Assembly: GCA_009914755.4 (NCBI GenBank)
Contig: CP086569.2
Span: forward strand, 13,664,001 to 13,728,000
Length of the DNA: 64,000 bases
DNA from: the human T2T-CHM13v2.0 reference genome, Homo sapiens
Reading direction: 5' to 3'
Numbering within the stretch: the first letter of the stretch is position 1; every line of letters begins with the position of its first letter. Made by a program: the position numbers and the translations under genes. Positions 61,552-64,000 of this stretch are shown here, one piece after another. The notes beneath the pieces are model-generated. The model had not been told where the DNA came from. It saw nothing but the letters and a program-made list of their open reading frames with translations, and searched no databases.

Positions 61552-62698
61552 TTTCGGTCATGTTTATACTTAGACTGTTTATCTTTTACTTTTTTGCATA
61601 TATGTTGATAGGAACTAAATGCAGAAACAAAAATTGTAACTGCAGGAAATGGTTCTCCAATTTCTACATATCTTCCCTTCAGTGATCAGAAATAGTTTGA
61701 GTTTCAGATTGTAGTGTATCATTTATGGAGATTACAAACACTTGCTGCCGCCTTTCAAGATCTAATAAATCACACCATCCAGGCATTCCTATCTGGGTAA
61801 CTATACTTACAGTAGAATCTCCATGTGGGTTGTTGACCAATACCAGGTTAAGAGCCACTACTGAAAGGAAATTGGAAATTAAGTCCTACTTTTATAGCCC
61901 ATGTTACCCATAGGGTGTTGAATTTAAAACAGATAGGGATGGCAAATCATACTGACAAGAAGTAAGTGAGGCCAACAGAACATAAACTTTCAGATTAGGT
62001 CACCCACCTTTGTGCTTGGTTGCTTGTGCTTTATGTTGTCTCAGCACTGTACTATGGCATGCATGTGTCTGCCTACTTTTTCTATGCAATGAGCTTCTCC
62101 AGGGCAGGAACTGGGTATTATTTATTTCTGTATCACAAATACCAGATACAGAGCAAAGCATATAGAAACATGTTAGATATTTGTAAAGTAGCTGTATTTT
62201 GCTCTGTAGCTACAATGAGATTATGACCTATGGAGCTTCTGTATATGCTCCCGTACCTTCCACAGCTACTCTTAATAACTTTATTTATTGTTAATAATTG
62301 TGATAACATTATGTAAATTACTTCATGAATCTGGAAAATGCATTATGCTCACAAGAAAATACTGAGTCCTAGGAAGACCAAGTAACTTATTCCCCTGAAG
62401 TTACTTACGGCAGAGCACTCATTTGTCTTTACTGCTGTATACTTGACCAAACTTTACTATATTACACTACCTCTAATGTATTTTTTTAACTATTCTTTTA
62501 TGATAACTTATCTGTGAAATCTTTTATCATAACCCATCTGTGAAATGAGCACTAATATTAAAAATTAAGTGCTTTGGAAGTAAGAAATATAAAAAAGTGC
62601 ATAACATTTCATTTACTAACTTCTGGTATTTGTTTCAGCTTCTTTCGTTATACTGTTAAAGTTAGATTAGCTCATCAATAATGTCTTTTGGTCTCTAG

Positions 62699-62889
62699 AG
62701 TAATGTTGATCCCCGAGATGATGTATTTGGATATCCTCATCAATTTGAAGACAAGCCAGCATTAAGTAAGACAGAAGATAGGAAAGAGTATAATATTGGT
62801 GTCCTAAGACACCTTCAGGTCATCTTTGGTCATTTAGCTGCTTCCCAACTACAATACTATGTACCCAGAGGATTTTGGAAACAGTTCAG
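62699..62889 (+). CDS. USP9Y: USP9Y coding exon [63 protein letters not shown]
   Basis: Acceptor tctctag|AGT. Donor ttcag|gtaaat. 191 nt, ends in phase 2. USP catalytic-domain sequence. Confidence 0.85.
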
Positions 62890-63176
62890 GTAAATTATGG
62901 GTGGGTGATCATTTAAGTTTCATAAAAACCTCAATACAGTAAACTTCTAAAATGTAGCTTAGAATACATAATTAGTTTTATATTTAATATTTAAACTGTA
63001 CTAATATTCTAATTATCCTTCTTGGTCATAGTTTTGTTTTATTTTCCCAATAGAATGTTTTATTATCCCAATAGAAAGAAGTAAAATTTGTCACAGTAAA
63101 GAAAGGCACTGTGTTCTTTAATCTCTTAAGATGTAATTTACTTCTTCATTTTGGAAGACATCAATTATATAAAAGC

Positions 63177-63546
<370 letters not shown>

Positions 63547-64000
63547 TTATCTATATAGATTTTTTTATATATCCCTAACATTTTTCTTTAAGAAGATGAT
63601 CATGGTACATTATCACATATAATAAAAATTACTTTATAATCTTGGGAAACATGGCAAAACTTTGTCTCTACAAAAAAATGCAAAAATTAAGCATGGTAAT
63701 ATGAACCTGTAGTCTCAGCTCCTTTAGTGAGTGGAATATCATTTCATTCACTAACTTTTGTTCTTAGTTTCTTTCAACTTCTTTCATTATAAGTTAGATT
63801 AGTGCATTAATGATATCTTTTGGTCTCTGGAGCAGTGTTGATCCCTGAGGTGATGTATCATAATCACCTTGAAGACCAGCATTACTCATAAAGAAATGAA
63901 CATTTTCACCACTAGAAAGGAAGTCCCCCTTCCTAGTCTGGCAACAAAAAATATATGTGTATTATTATATATCTTTATATACTGTATATATTATATATAA

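Overview
This window is human (primate) genomic DNA, not a prokaryotic locus. It is an internal ~64 kb stretch of a USP9-family deubiquitinase gene on the + strand. I call it USP9Y (Yq11.21, AZFa interval) rather than USP9X. The encoded peptide is clearly USP9 but differs from the USP9X sequence I recall at roughly one residue in ten, and an intronless CDY/CDYL-family retropseudogene lies antisense in one intron. This assignment is a memory-based inference and needs an alignment to confirm.

I recover 21 coding exons. All have canonical AG/GT boundaries, intact ORFs and consistent phase across every junction. They cover roughly residues 480-1690 of the ~2550-aa protein, including the catalytic Cys-box exon at 60403..60623.

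The introns are packed with repeats:
- 29 Alu copies (28 full, one partial). Many have visible target-site duplications. One (58516..58832) is near-consensus AluY with a perfect 16-bp TSD.
- Several L1 3'-end fragments.
- Two pogo/Tigger DNA transposons: a Tigger1 carrying a nested 329-bp MITE and two Alus, and a Tigger2-like copy with a TIGD1-like transposase remnant.
- LTR-like repeats, microsatellites and a minisatellite.

Three structural oddities stand out:
- An Alu inserted exactly at the splice donor of the exon at 55914..56060. Its TSD duplicates the donor motif.
- A degenerate duplicate of the acceptor plus first ~75 nt of the 62699..62889 exon, sitting 1.1 kb downstream.
- The CDYL-like retropseudogene is itself split by an Alu, with a TSD that can be read in the protein frame.

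There are no rRNA, tRNA or CRISPR features and no operon-like system. I find no previously undescribed biological system in this window.
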